From: Microthyrium microscopicum | Taxonomy: Eukaryota | Assembly (NCBI GenBank): GCA_010405405.1 | Contig: MU004231.1 | Location: 4,328,884 to 4,392,883, forward strand | Reading direction: 5' to 3' | Length of the DNA: 64,000 bases | Part shown: positions 1 to 12,184 of the stretch, in pieces | Position numbering within the stretch: the stretch's first letter is position 1 | How the letters are laid out: every line of letters begins with the position of its first letter | Program-made: the position numbers and the translations under genes | The notes under the pieces: model-generated | What the model was told of the DNA's origin: nothing | Databases searched by the model: none | What the model saw: only the letters and a program-made list of their open reading frames with translations

Positions 1-489
1 TAATAATAAATAGTTTATTAACGCTATTATTAATAGCTACTTTGTAGGTTAATATAAGAAGCTATAATATAAGATTAAGTATATTAATTATAACAAAGCT
101 AAATAATATAATTAAATAGCTACTAAAAACGTACTAGAGCTTATTACTAAGTTTTATACTTAGTACTCTAATAAGCTAAGCCTATATTCTACCTAGATAC
201 TACTAATACTAGAGCCTACTAGTAATAGTATTAATTATAACTCTAATAGCGTTTCTATTAATTAGAAGGAGTAAATAATTATACTACTAATTCCCTTATA
301 CTAATAGGATTACTAACTACTAAACTATTAGGACTTAAGAACTAGAGTATTCTAAGGATATCTTAAGGTTTGTTAATACTTTTTAATAGTTACCTTAGTA
401 GGCTAAAGGTTAAGATGCTCTAAACGATTAGTAAGGTTAGTATTATACTATAGAAGGATTAAAATATTATTTATTACTAAAAGTTTGTT

Positions 490-545
490 AGACTAAACTA
501 GACTAAACTAAACTAGACTAAACTAGACTAAATAGGAATAGAATA
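490..545 (+). repeat. Degenerate pentanucleotide tandem repeat (gacta/aacta, then aatag)
   Basis: gactaaactagactaaactaaactagactaaactagactaaatagg read directly. Confidence 0.8.
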
Positions 546-559
546 GATTAGGAAAGTAG

Positions 560-1750
560 TTATAATTAGTAATCTATAGCCTAGAGAGCTATACTAAAGG
601 AGAGAGTTATATAATAATTCCTCTTTATAGGCTTTATAGCAGTATTATAAGAGAGATCTTATTATAAAATTATACACTAGACCTAAGAAGGTTAACGCGC
701 CTAAGAATCTGCTAAGCAAACTTATATCCCTTATAGATTTGTAGCTCTTCTAGATCTTCTTCTCTCTCTCTCCCGTTTATAGATTCTAGAATATAATCTA
801 ATTATCTACTTGCTCTGAGTTCCGTAGCTCGTTACAAGGTAGTAATCTAATTATATTTATTTCTTCCTCTTTAGTAAAATAACTTTATTATCTTTTATAA
901 TAACTTCTTTACTTCTATATATCTATTTAGCGCCTTATAGTAGTATAGAATTGCTATAGTAGGTACTACTTATACTAATTAGAAAAAATACCCTAAAGAG
1001 TACGCTTCTTTTAATAAGAAGAATAATAAATAGCCCTAGGAAGAGACTAATAAGTTAGTTATTTAAGATGTACTATCTCTAGTATAGTAAGATTATATTC
1101 TTATACGCTTTCTAACTACATCTTATAGTATTAGAATTATTAAAAAAGCTATTTAAACTAAACCTACGATCTTAAAGAAGATAATAAAGTATAAGAAAGA
1201 GAATATTAATTGTCTTTAGGGTTCTAAATCTTATAAATATCTTAAATAGCCTATAATAGCTATAGATTATAATTTCTATATAGGTAGAGTTAATATTACG
1301 GACTAGCATTAAGCTTACTATATAGTTTACTACTAGAGTAAGTAAACTAAAAACGCTATTAGAGTTTTTATAGACTTTAAATCTTAATATTATTTCTTAA
1401 AAATAGTACCGTTAGAAAGCTCTTAAAATTTTATACTAATATATTTTTATTTTAAGTAATAAAACGTAGTTTCCTTTATAGTTTTTTAACCTTAACGCTA
1501 TTATTAGTAATATATATATTATTACTTAGTAGGTAGAGCTTAAGATATAACTTAACTATACTAATACGTAAAATTAGTATTATAGATAATATCTATTAAA
1601 CGTAAGATAATTTTAAGTAATTCTAGCCTAGAATTTATATATATAAGGTCTAATTAAAGACTATAGTATTAAATTTAGTAAGAAATATATAGCTTTTAGT
1701 TACAAAATTAAAGTTAACTAGATAAGATAATACTAAAGTTAGGTTAACGT
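560..1750 (+). mobile_element. RIP-inactivated Ty3/Gypsy-like LTR retrotransposon fragment (LTR end, protease)
   Basis: LTR-like end ...ccgtagctcgttaCA at 836; att aga gtt ttt ata gac ttt aaa tct taa (~1358-1387) = IRVFIDFKS*, which de-RIPs to IRVFIDSGSQ (aspartic protease DSG motif); KIILS near 1604 resembles the DIILG protease flap. Boundaries approximate. Confidence 0.55.
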
Positions 1751-3096
1751 TTATCCTAGATCTAAATTGCCTATTATTTAACTTACTATAGGATAACATA
1801 CTCGCACTTCTATTAGTAGTAGTAGTAAAAGAGGAAGATACTTCTACTACCGTTAGAAATAAGCTAATAGTTATCTAAATAGGTATATTCCTATTATTAC
1901 TTAGCATTATACAAAATGTCTAGATATAGTTCTACTTTGTTGCTTTTATTTTAGGCCGTATTACGAGCATTGTAAGTATATAATTTATTTCTAGATTAGA
2001 TAAGAACTAACTAAATTATTTAGTAGTAATAAAAGGAGATTATATTAATTTAGAGAGACAGATTGTCAAACGTAAGTAGATCTAGCAATACTAATACTAA
2101 GAATTAAATTTGTATATAATAATTTATGCTATACTTCGTGATAATTATTAAGCCCCTTCAGATAATAGCCCTTTGGCTGTACCCTGCAAAATTTTAGTGG
2201 TGGTAACCGCTTTTAGATTAGAACGGTGGATCTAGGGATCACTGGCGGCACGCCACAATGTCGCTGTAGGTTAAGGGATCTCTTCCTTCTTCACCACTTC
2301 TCCTCCATGTTATCAATCTAAGCACCTGTACGGTATGTTAGGCATTTGAATGAGACAATGGTCAGGTTATCTTGACAGTTCTCTCAGCATTACTCCCCAT
2401 GATTCTTTGCCGCAATATCTTGTGTGGGGGAGAAATCAAGGATTAAATAGGCGAACGACTCAAACGCTTTGCAAGACTATGACCATCCCAAATGATGGCG
2501 ATGTAAGGCCTCCGAGCTTGAATATTGGTGACTCGAAAATAGTAGCCGAGCAAAGCTTGATGAGGTAAAGAACGAGTCCGAATCTCGCTTGTCCCATTGC
2601 AGCGGAACACGAACATAAGCGAGAATCTGGATGTAACTTCAATTCCGCCTCCAGGCCAAGATGGAATCCATGCTATCAAATTTACACTACTTCTCAAGGT
2701 TTTGTTACAGCATTGGAGGAAAATACTCTTGTCTGGAAGATAAAGCCCTCTGCTGCTATTCCTGGTGTACCGAAACGTAGGAATTTGGCGAGATATGAGA
2801 CCATCGCCTACCAGATCTCCATGAGCGCATGATCTTGCATGCAAAGGTGGGCTTGGAAATATCAGTCGACTTTTCAATAGATTTACCATTCTATTTCATA
2901 ATAGAAATGTTAGGGAAGATTTCGAGTAAGCCCAAATGGCTGGTATTCGTATCTAACGCGTAGCAATAGATGGCTACCCGATAATCCCCTTTTCCATATA
3001 TCCCGACTGTTGAATGACATTTGGTACAGTTCAATGTATCGTTTCCATTCCTGACTGACTTTGGTTGCTTGAATCCCTCAGGACAGTGTGAGAACC

Positions 3097-4887
3097 ATGG
3101 ACATGGACATAGCCATGCACTCTGGCATGGTGAACGAAGCATCAGACAAGACCTTGACTTCCGAGAACTCGAGGCCATCATTCTTCTTCCATCTGATACG
3201 CACCACTTCAACACCCGTTCACCGCGTCATACTCTACCTCTGGCTTTACCTACGATGGTACCTAGGAATACTTCTAATACTATGGATATCGCCTTCAACG
3301 ACAGCGCAAGAATCATTCCTAAATTGCAGCTCCATCACAGACAACTATGTCGGCAACGCCCAAGCAAAATTCCAAGTCATGGACTGGGTTGATCGCGGTT
3401 TATGCATTCGAAAGATAGGCAACGACTTCCAATGCTATTCTAGCCTCCAAAATGTCCTTGCCAACAACCTCAACGAAATCCGGAAAGCAGAGTATAGTGG
3501 AGCAGCTGGCGTACTGGCACTTCTTCCGACTATCGGTGCTTTACTTGGAACTCCTACCAACGAGATCTGGCGACTGTTGACTATGATTCCTTTTGGTGGA
3601 GTGTTGGCTATGGCTTCGTCTTTCGGTGGAGCTATGCTTCCTGTCAAGATCAAGGACTATGAGAGCGCTTTCATGAAGAAGAATATCAAGGGCGGTCTAC
3701 GTGGTGGAAAAAGTACGCTTACGCTATCCAAAGACGCTACCGCGGATGACCAAAGAATTGAGCAACGTGCGGATATCCTCATGCAAAGAGTCGAGCAGAA
3801 ACTGCTGAATGAGCTTCAAGACAAGGTGCCCAAGATGTATATCTGGGTAGGCCTGATAGGCATGGGCATGCTTCTTGCCGGAGCTCACGTAGCGATGGCT
3901 TTTGTCGAGCTTGGAGCCGTCCTACCTTGGTGGTGTTCCTCTAAATGGTGGGTACATCTCTGGTATCTCATGGTCATCTGCAGTGCTGCTGTCGACAATT
4001 ATGTCCAGCTACCCTTCTCTAAGCAGTGGAAAATCTGCCTCTCAGATGTTCCATACGACATAGATGTGGCACGCGGCGACGATATCACAAATTATCTACC
4101 TGGCAACAGAGATGCCATCGAGAATATCAAGAAAGCGCTTCCTCAACTCAACACTCTCAAAACTGGTATCGCTCGCTTCGCTGGCACGCGCCAACTCCCA
4201 GCGGAACCACGAAACATCCTCTTCGTGCTAGTCTCCGTCACTGACAAATCTCATCGCTGGAGCAGCACTTTTCTCCGATCCGTCAGCAAAATCAGCAGTA
4301 TCGCAGTCTTCATCGTCGGCACCGCCTGTTTCGCATCCGCCCAACTACTCTCAATCGCAATGGCAACCTTTGTCTTAACATGCGTTCTCGGCTCCGGTAT
4401 TTTCGGCCGCGCCATCGCTTCCTGGATCGTCACTGGCATCGAAAGCGCTGACCCCATGGTCCACTTCGTTGCCGATGAGGAGCGCGAAGCGCACTACGTG
4501 CTCGCTCGACTCTTCTCCATAAAACTTCCAGGTCGTAGTGCGTTACCTTCAAGACAAGTGCAGGTCGAATTGAACGGACATATTTTCCTTGATCGAAGAC
4601 GGGTTGTGCACCGTTCACCGTGGCCAATGAGGATACTTGGTATCATTGCATCTCCCTACGATCTTGCAAAGGCAGTGTACAAGATGCCGTTTGGTGATGG
4701 TGACGTCGAGGAAGAACGTTTAGGCAAGCTTGAGGAAGGGCATGAAGATAGGAAGGGAGCGCAGGGCGAGGTTCAGCTGAAGGCGTTGCGGACTGATACT
4801 TTCCAGTCGAATGATTCGAGCGAGGCAGATTTGTTTCATGGGCAAGTTCGGAGATCGACATATGCTTCTGGTGACTCTAGCACGTAG
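3097..4887 (+). CDS. Uncharacterised multi-pass membrane protein (~596 aa)
   Basis: Long uninterrupted ORF, first ATG at 3097; several hydrophobic segments (GAAGVLALLPTIGALLG, YIWVGLIGMGMLLAGAHVAMAFVELG, ISSIAVFIVGTACFASAQLLSIAMATFVLTCVLGSGIFG). Confidence 0.8.
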   Translation: MDMDIAMHSGMVNEASDKTLTSENSRPSFFFHLIRTTSTPVHRVILYLWLYLRWYLGILLILWISPSTTAQESFLNCSSITDNYVGNAQAKFQVMDWVDRGLCIRKIGNDFQCYSSLQNVLANNLNEIRKAEYSGAAGVLALLPTIGALLGTPTNEIWRLLTMIPFGGVLAMASSFGGAMLPVKIKDYESAFMKKNIKGGLRGGKSTLTLSKDATADDQRIEQRADILMQRVEQKLLNELQDKVPKMYIWVGLIGMGMLLAGAHVAMAFVELGAVLPWWCSSKWWVHLWYLMVICSAAVDNYVQLPFSKQWKICLSDVPYDIDVARGDDITNYLPGNRDAIENIKKALPQLNTLKTGIARFAGTRQLPAEPRNILFVLVSVTDKSHRWSSTFLRSVSKISSIAVFIVGTACFASAQLLSIAMATFVLTCVLGSGIFGRAIASWIVTGIESADPMVHFVADEEREAHYVLARLFSIKLPGRSALPSRQVQVELNGHIFLDRRRVVHRSPWPMRILGIIASPYDLAKAVYKMPFGDGDVEEERLGKLEEGHEDRKGAQGEVQLKALRTDTFQSNDSSEADLFHGQVRRSTYASGDSST

Positions 4888-5365
4888 CAACGTCAATTAA
4901 TAATCTGGTAAAGTTGTGGGGCTCTTGAGGTAATGTGCGTGAGATAGCTAAAGAAACTGAGCACTGTATAAATATGTCATTCAATAGAACGATATCTCTC
5001 CAGGGACAAAATAAGTGAGCCCGTTGGGATGGAGTTCCCGCCGATTACAATGGCTGCCATAACACTTCCTAAAGAGGAACTACTTAAATCTCTGCATCCT
5101 TGTAAGAATTACACCAGAGTGTCGAATACGATGGTAATCTAAGCAGTCACTCATTCGGAAGTATTATGGCAGCTCTCTTAATTGATGGAAACAGTCGTCG
5201 AAACGGCTCACTCATTTTGTCCCCGAAGAGCCATCGAACATATGTCATACGTAATTGCTGGATCGAGAACGAATGTTTTGATTTCTGTCTAGAAATATGT
5301 TCAAAAAAACAAAAAGAATGAGTAACCATCCAAGACGCCCTGCAAGGTATGGATATGTGCTCTCA

Positions 5366-7078
5366 TCAACGTCTGGGAGATGGCATGACCAGTCTGGGAT
5401 ATGGCTTCCAGACCATTGTCTGAGCAAGCTGCAGTAACACTCTCTTCAAGTCGTTCCCGTGATATATTAAGCCCGTAGTAGCGAGGCCATACGACTGCAT
5501 GGCACGATTCGTCCAGTGACCCATGGTGTTTTGCTCTATGATTTGCTCCGTGGCGCCTATCATTGAAACCGAGGGAAGGAAGCCAATGAGGAAGAGTCCT
5601 GCCTGAGTACGAAGACAGAGGAACTGAAGACTGACAGTCGACAGTACATTTGGAGTTGCGGCAGCTTCCTGAAGCGCCAGATCCCATCCAGTATGAAATA
5701 AGGTCACATGTTCCAGCACAAGAGTTTTCAAACTAGATTTGTGACGTCCAAGCAGTAACACCAGAAGGGTGCTCGGAAAGGACATTCTTTTGAATTTGAG
5801 AGATCTGAGAAGACTTTTTGAAGCAAGGCTAGTTTCCTGCAGGCCACGAAGGAATCCCCATCCCGTACTGGAGGGGAGCATATTCAAAAGATTACCTAGA
5901 GCCAGGGACTGTAGATTGTATGCTTCACGAAGGCATCCAAGGATGGGCTCAACGGTGGTGTCAAAGAGCCAAAAGTCGATCGTAAGGTGGGTGATATTTT
6001 GCTAAAACAGACCTTTGTTGGGGTGCAATAAGCATATTGGCGGTATCCTAGAATTGATCAATGTAAGATTACGATCGAAGCATTAAACTCGCATGACCCA
6101 TTGCATCCGAAGGCATCCATAGCCCCTGATTCAAGTCATATCTTACGGCCGCCATCGAGTGCAATGGACGATTGGGATTTTTGGTTTCATCGGTTGCCAT
6201 CTGGAAATATGGTTTGTTACAGGGGAATTTTACCTCGTTTCTCGGAGCAACAAGTGTTCGTACAAAGGCTTGTAAGCTGCGCCAGGTTGAACAAGACTGA
6301 GAGACTGGATGTTGAGGTCATCCTTGACAGACAGCTTAAAGATCAAAACGAAGACATCTGCTGCTGAAAGAGGACAGCTTATACTGTTGTATTCCGGACC
6401 AGCGTAGATATTGATTGATCTGCAATTGATGAGGTCACTAAGATTCGTTAGCCCAAGGTTTCATAGTGGTTTGATCAAGTGTAATGGCAGCCTCCACTTC
6501 TTCTAGCATTTCCAAACATCGTAACAGAACGGAACAAGACATGAGAAATCCCTACCTACTAAGGACGGCTCGAAGAAGTTGGAAGCCCGGAGTCTCGTCA
6601 CTGATATGATAAGGGTCAGTGATTCCAGCAGACCGTCGCCAGTCGAAGCCAAATCCCAGGACACCTTTTCCCCTATCCTTCTCAACTTTTCTGATTGTTA
6701 AATTATCTACACGCCGGGACAGCTCTGGACTAGGTTCGAGAAGCTTATGTAGGCCTGACACTTGTTAGCACGAGTCTTCCAAGTCGCCAAAGAGTGCTAC
6801 GGAGATTTGGGGAGTCGCGAAGCGTTATAGATATATCCTAAGATGTTTGGGAACCGCGGAGACTTACCAGAGAGACTGGCGCGGGAAAGGTTGGTTCTCA
6901 CAGACTTGAAACATGAAGTCCATATTCTGAAGCTCTTCCCATCAAGCTCTTTGCAAACAAGACGAAAGCGAAGTCGGTCATTGAAGCTTGGGATCTTCTT
7001 AACAATGATTTCAACAAGCTCTGTTGGAAGAGTCGGGAGAGTCGGGGAAGGTCGAGGCATGTTCATTGTTGTGGACAT
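5366..7078 (-). CDS. F-box-like protein with LRR-like C-terminus (multi-exon)
   Basis: N-terminal LPTLPTELVEIIVKKIPSFNDRLRFRLVCKEL F-box pattern; GTAAGT...GCTAAC...CAG intron joins it to GLHKLLEPSPELSRRV; further exons PLSAADVFVLIFKL and QNITHLTIDF...LQSLAL...SSLKTLVLEHVTL. Middle exon boundaries uncertain. Confidence 0.65.
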
Positions 7079-7631
7079 GTGGTAAAGTGTATGGCCCCAA
7101 GTAGACTTGGCGGGCAGGCTGTTCGTACTAGAATAATAGAATCCGAAGCTCACAGGTGTATGATATTGTGGATGTAATGTGAAAGATTGGATAAAAGTGG
7201 AGGTTTCGAGTAATAGTAGTATGGCTCTGCTGTGATGATTGTAAGTGATCTTGATGCAAGTTGACAAGGAGGCTTTCTCAATGAACCCTCGGCTGCTGGG
7301 AAATCAGTCAACAATCGAATTGACGAATGGAGAAGGAATTACACTGATACGGTAAGTACAATGTACAATGGGTAGGTAGGCTGTGCTGCTGCTTCTGCCT
7401 GCGAAGTAAGCCCACTCAACACCATGGATTTGCTGTACATCCAATCACATCCCAGTATTTGCCCACTTTAAAGCTTCGCCACGATCGCAGCCTTGAGCCA
7501 ACAAACATCACAAGACATATCGCAGCAATTATTTCCTACTTAAAGCCACCTGACAGCGCGCCCTTTTCGTGTTTCTTATTTTTCTCAAACGCGTTCTCGC
7601 AAATACAATCTACACGTCTTATCTTTTCATA

Positions 7632-8852
7632 ATGATGGCCTCAATTTTTGCCAGTCGATCACAAGCCTCCCAGATTGCCCCAACTACACCCAATGCCAGG
7701 AACAACCCTGATGATGTCAATGCTTCAAACCTCCCAGACACCAATGGTCGCTACCCAAAAAGAAAGCGTGCCACCGTGAAATATACTCTCTCCGACTCCG
7801 AACAAGATTCCAGCGATTCTGAAGCAGAGTACATCTTTTCCAAAGTATTTTATCCGTCAACCATCAAGTAGATCTATCTACTAACTACTGCCCAGCGTGT
7901 CCGCAAAACAATATCTAATCGGCCACTACCCAAACGCAAAATCTTTCCATTTCTCTCTCTCCCAGCAGAACTCCGGAACAAAATCTACAAAGAATGTCTC
8001 TGCGACGCCCATCTAGATCCCAACGGTGGTCCACCTGCCATCTGGATGCAATCCAAGCAGCGCGCCTACCGTCGCGGACTGAAGCGTACTGTCCCTGAGG
8101 ACGAAGACTGGGCTAACTACAACTACGGAGAACGCTATGGCGGACGAGGCTATGCGTATAGCAGTCGGCGTCGTGCGGGCAGCCCAGCTGACAGCGATGA
8201 CGACGCGGAGGGTGGGAAGCCAGGAGACAAGATCCTGAGTGTGCATTTGCTTGCGGTGTGCAAGCAGATCTACGCAGAAGCGGCGCCATTCATTTATGGA
8301 CAGAAGTTGGTTTTTGCGAGCACGGGAGCCTTGGTGTCCTTTGGAGCGGCGTTGAGTGAGAGAACAGCAAAGTTGATTCGACATGTGGAGGTCAAAAGCT
8401 GGGGTAAGGCAGAATTTCCTGCGATGGGGAGTCATTGTGTTAACATATCTTCAGGCCTTAGTCGGACGCACAAGAATGTGCCGTATTTGGCATTTACTTT
8501 ACTGGCGGCTAAAGGTGTCACCAATCTCGAGACTTTGAGCTTGAATTGCTCTCTGGGCTACTTCTACTCGTATAGTTGGAGAAGTACTGGCAAATCCACA
8601 GCAATTCCAAAACGAGTTGCAAGGCAAGTCTATCGACATTGCTATCCATGGCTCGAAGCAGTTGCTGCGGATCGAATGGCAAAGTCTGATGACCCAGAAG
8701 CCTTGTATGCTGGTGTGAACATTTTGCAAATCCATGCGAATAACCTCAAAGAAGGTCAAAGCTATGGCGCAAAGCTGGAACTGAAAGATGTGAAGGATGA
8801 AGTGGAAATGTATCGCAAGGAATTGAAGAAACTCATGAGAAGCCATGCGTGA
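7632..8852 (+). CDS. F-box-like hypothetical protein (FPFLSLPAELRNKIY motif), spliced
   Basis: Exon 1 with basic RYPKRKR; intron GTATTT...CTAAC...CAG (~7845-7895) leads to FPFLSLPAELRNKIYKECL and LLAVCKQIYAEAAPFIYG; probable in-frame intron 8404-8454. Confidence 0.75.
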
Positions 8853-9047
8853 GCTATCCTTACCCATGAACTTATATCAGTCTGACGATAAACCATCATC
8901 CACGCCATGAGCATTCATTTCTTAGCAGTTTTCGGCGGTTATGTATGCTTTTTTACTGTACTCTGATCACATATTAGCTTTTAGATTGCTCAGACTAGAT
9001 ATGGTGACGTAAATCTATAGTCTATATCGTTGATCTAACGCCATTAT

Positions 9048-10776
9048 TCATTTCAGCCAGAAAGGCTTCTTCTCTGAACAATAGTAGCTTGACTTTGTCC
9101 AGAAGCCTCCAAATCCCCAATATCGCGCCTTCTGTGGATATGGGCAAAGGATTCGTTCTCCAGCAGTGACGAGACCAGGGACAGTAACATTTAGCTGCTC
9201 AGGAGCTTCTCCGTGTTCCACCCATCGAGTCAAGCTGTCAAAGATGCCTTCGGGAAATAAGCCACTGCCAGAATAACAATGGCCTACACCAGCAGCTTCA
9301 AAGTGTCGGTGGAACTGAGCAGCTTTGGGATCCACTTTCAAAACGGCATCGACGTATCTTCTAGAGTTCTTGGATGGGATGATAGGATCCCCCTGATTAC
9401 GTTAGCAAGTGCCTTCATACATAGAGTGAGAAAGCTGATACATACCAGTCCATGATATCCCACAAGCTTTCCCCCAGCATTCCGAAAAGCCGTCAAATTT
9501 GGGTCAGCAGTCCCAATAACCTCTGTGAACTCCCTGACCGAAATATCAAAAACATCATCCAACATCCTCAAATCCACCCTCGACGTATTGAATGTCGTAT
9601 CCTTCAGCACGAACACTTTTAACCACGCTTCCACAATATGATGCGGTTTCCCATGACAACTCTTGCCTTCACAAACCACATCTGCCAATCCCCATGTATA
9701 ATTCAGCAGACTCAGAGCCGGTCCTAGAACCCCTGGATTCCCGCGCGTTGTAAATGCCGCCTCCTGGTTACTTCCGTGGTGCAGAAACTCATTGCGCGCT
9801 GTCGATATTCCGTACCAGCCTGTATTTGCTACCGTTGCTGCTTCCCGCGTGACTGTTACATTCCCATAGCCGATACAGCTCGTGACATTGCCGACAAGAG
9901 TATACGGATCGAAGTTACAAGCATCCGGGTCAGTGACAAGCCCATCAACCACGCCATCCTTTGCATCGCACGCCTTTGTCGCAGCATCCGTGAGCGCAGC
10001 CAGCTGACATGCATCCGGATACGCCTTCATCTCATTCATCAGCGCCTGCGCCCAGAAGCCTGCAATCATCAACGGTGTCCAGGTAATTGGTGCAGCGGAA
10101 GCGGCGATCCCGTTGTAAGCTGTCGGGTACTTTTGCGCGAGCATATAGCCTTGACGACCACCTTGCGAGCAGCCATTCCAGTAAGCGTAGGTAGGCGATT
10201 TGCCATAGTAGGAGGTGATGATGGACTTGGTGAGGATGGACAGATCATTGAGCGAAGTGGAGGCGTAGTGCTCTAGTACTTTCATGTCGACTTTGCCAGG
10301 GGAAGAATAAGCCCAGTCGGCGGGGTGGGCGGATGTTACGCCGCCGTTTGTTGTTGAGGCGGCATAGCCTAGGCCTGTCATGCCTGTCATGGCGGTGAAG
10401 GCGGCGTCGGTGAGACCTGCTGTCCAGCCTGAGCCACCTGGTGGATGGGTTAGATTCGAAGAAGAAGCCGTTTCTAAAGTGGCAACTTACCGGCTGATTG
10501 CATCTTGGTGTTCCAGTGTTGGGGAAGCCATATTTGAACTGTTGTGGGTTTTTGGAGTCCATTGGATGTGTAGTTGATGGTGACATTGCAGAATCGGAGG
10601 TCTGCTACGGTCACTGAGCCATGATTTGGGAATGCGCCTGCTGGGACATATTCGTAGCTGTTGTATCCTGGCGCAGCTATGATAGCATTGATTTTTGCCC
10701 CTGGTAATGTTGGGATTGGTATGGCGCGCGCTGTGCAATTGGCAAAGTCAGTCTGGCCAGACTGGAACAGCGCCAT
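9048..10776 (-). CDS. Tannase/feruloyl esterase family hydrolase
   Basis: YWNGCSQGGRQG nucleophile motif, CDAKDGVVDG, GGKLVGYHG, GVGHC and ILCPYPQ; two introns (~10438-10490, ~9393-9445). True start may lie further upstream. Confidence 0.92.
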
Positions 10777-11342
10777 TATGTCTATCTTTTTAGCTTTGGC
10801 CTAAACAAAACATTAGTTTCTAGCATCAATGGAAGATTTCGAGCCATGGCGAAGATAATATTATAATATGTTGGTCATCGACTTTGCATAGTGTAGAGAA
10901 TACAGAGTATTACCATATTGGATCGGGGCTTGCCATATGGGAGATGGCCAGAGCTCGACGAGCCTCATATATACTTTGGATTATGAATGGTCTGAATTGG
11001 GTGAGGATTGATTAGCAAGATTCGATTTAAGGTTATCCCGATCTGCAAACCGTTGTCCTGTTGTTGACGATATCAGTCTCAATAGGTTATGAAAGGATTG
11101 GAGGAGATGATTAGTCGAAGTGAAATTTTGAGCATATAAAAATACATATTCTGTCTACACGTCGGCTCAGTGAAGACATCCAGTCATGAGTGGGGTATCA
11201 TTACAAAAGAAAGATAAGACAGCAAATCGCTTTGGTCCAGGGCTCTTGGGAAGTCGGTGCTGCGCTACTGGTTCTCGAAGACTGGAATATGAGTGGAATT
11301 TTGTAGGGCTTGGATCGTACCCGTAGGGGCTTGTCGAGATCG

Positions 11343-11672
11343 TTACTCGTTAACTTCTTCTTTGGCCGGCCCTATTTTGGCCCAGATAACTTTGAACCAG
11401 AAAATCGACTCCATGGTCCCAACAACTGTGAACATTCCTATGATGAAGTATCTGGCAGCTGGGTGAAGGCCGTCTAACATTGAAAGGGCGGCTTTGAATC
11501 CATTTGGTTTTGTCTCATTCGGTGTAGGCTTAGACTCATTGTGAACCGATCTCTTTGGGAATAACGGTTTAGTCAATTGAAAGGCCGGGAACCGTGAGAC
11601 TGGATGACTTTGAGGGCGTCGCATCAAGACATTTCCATGCGAAAGAACTCGTCTGACACTGATTGAACTCAT
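11343..11672 (-). CDS. Small putative mitochondrial single-TM protein (109 aa)
   Basis: Arg/Ser-rich, acid-free N-terminus (MSSISVRRVLSHGNVLMRRP) and a C-terminal hydrophobic helix YFIIGMFTVVGTMESIFWFKVIW. Confidence 0.6.
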   Translation of the reverse strand: MSSISVRRVLSHGNVLMRRPQSHPVSRFPAFQLTKPLFPKRSVHNESKPTPNETKPNGFKAALSMLDGLHPAARYFIIGMFTVVGTMESIFWFKVIWAKIGPAKEEVNE

Positions 11673-12184
11673 AGCTGTTTGGATTGGAATTCCTAGATGG
11701 ACAGATTGACTGAATGACTGTAAATCGACTGTCGAGGACTTGGCCTGAAGTGCTTTAAGTGCCAAGGGGTATCAACGATTGTAGGGTGAGGATGGTGTAG
11801 TGTTGAGGATTTGACCGAAGATGGCTTGATGTCAAAGCAAAGAGAAAGGGGTCGCATTCAACGGAGGTGGATCTGGACTTAAGTAGCAGCATCTTTCGCG
11901 CATAGTTCTTCCAATGAGTCACAATGCCGCGCTCTTCAAGCCACGGCCTCGCAACGAGGTTGAACATGGGTTGTTTTGGACGACTTGACGTGCTGAATAC
12001 GAGAATGTGGTCAACCCTAACCCTATCGATGTAGCTGAATCTGGACTTTGGAGCTCCAACAACACGGAGGTTGACCATCTGTTAAGAAGAGCTTCATCTC
12101 GTACGACACTCTTCTTCAACTATTCGCGCTTCTATCGCCGAATTCTACTTCACCAGCCTTCCGAACGATGCGACGATCGTAAAT

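Larger units (their letters stand above)
1..2200. repeat. AT-rich RIP-degenerated repeat block (left)
   Basis: Very low GC, abundant TA dinucleotides, scarce CA/TG, stops in all frames, no ORF in the supplied track; abrupt switch to balanced GC near 2170-2250. Confidence 0.9.

Noticed and set aside
2350..3214. Several short overlapping ORFs (72-148 aa) upstream of the membrane-protein gene
   Set aside because: No recognisable motifs, mutually overlapping, mostly non-ATG starts; likely promoter or intergenic sequence
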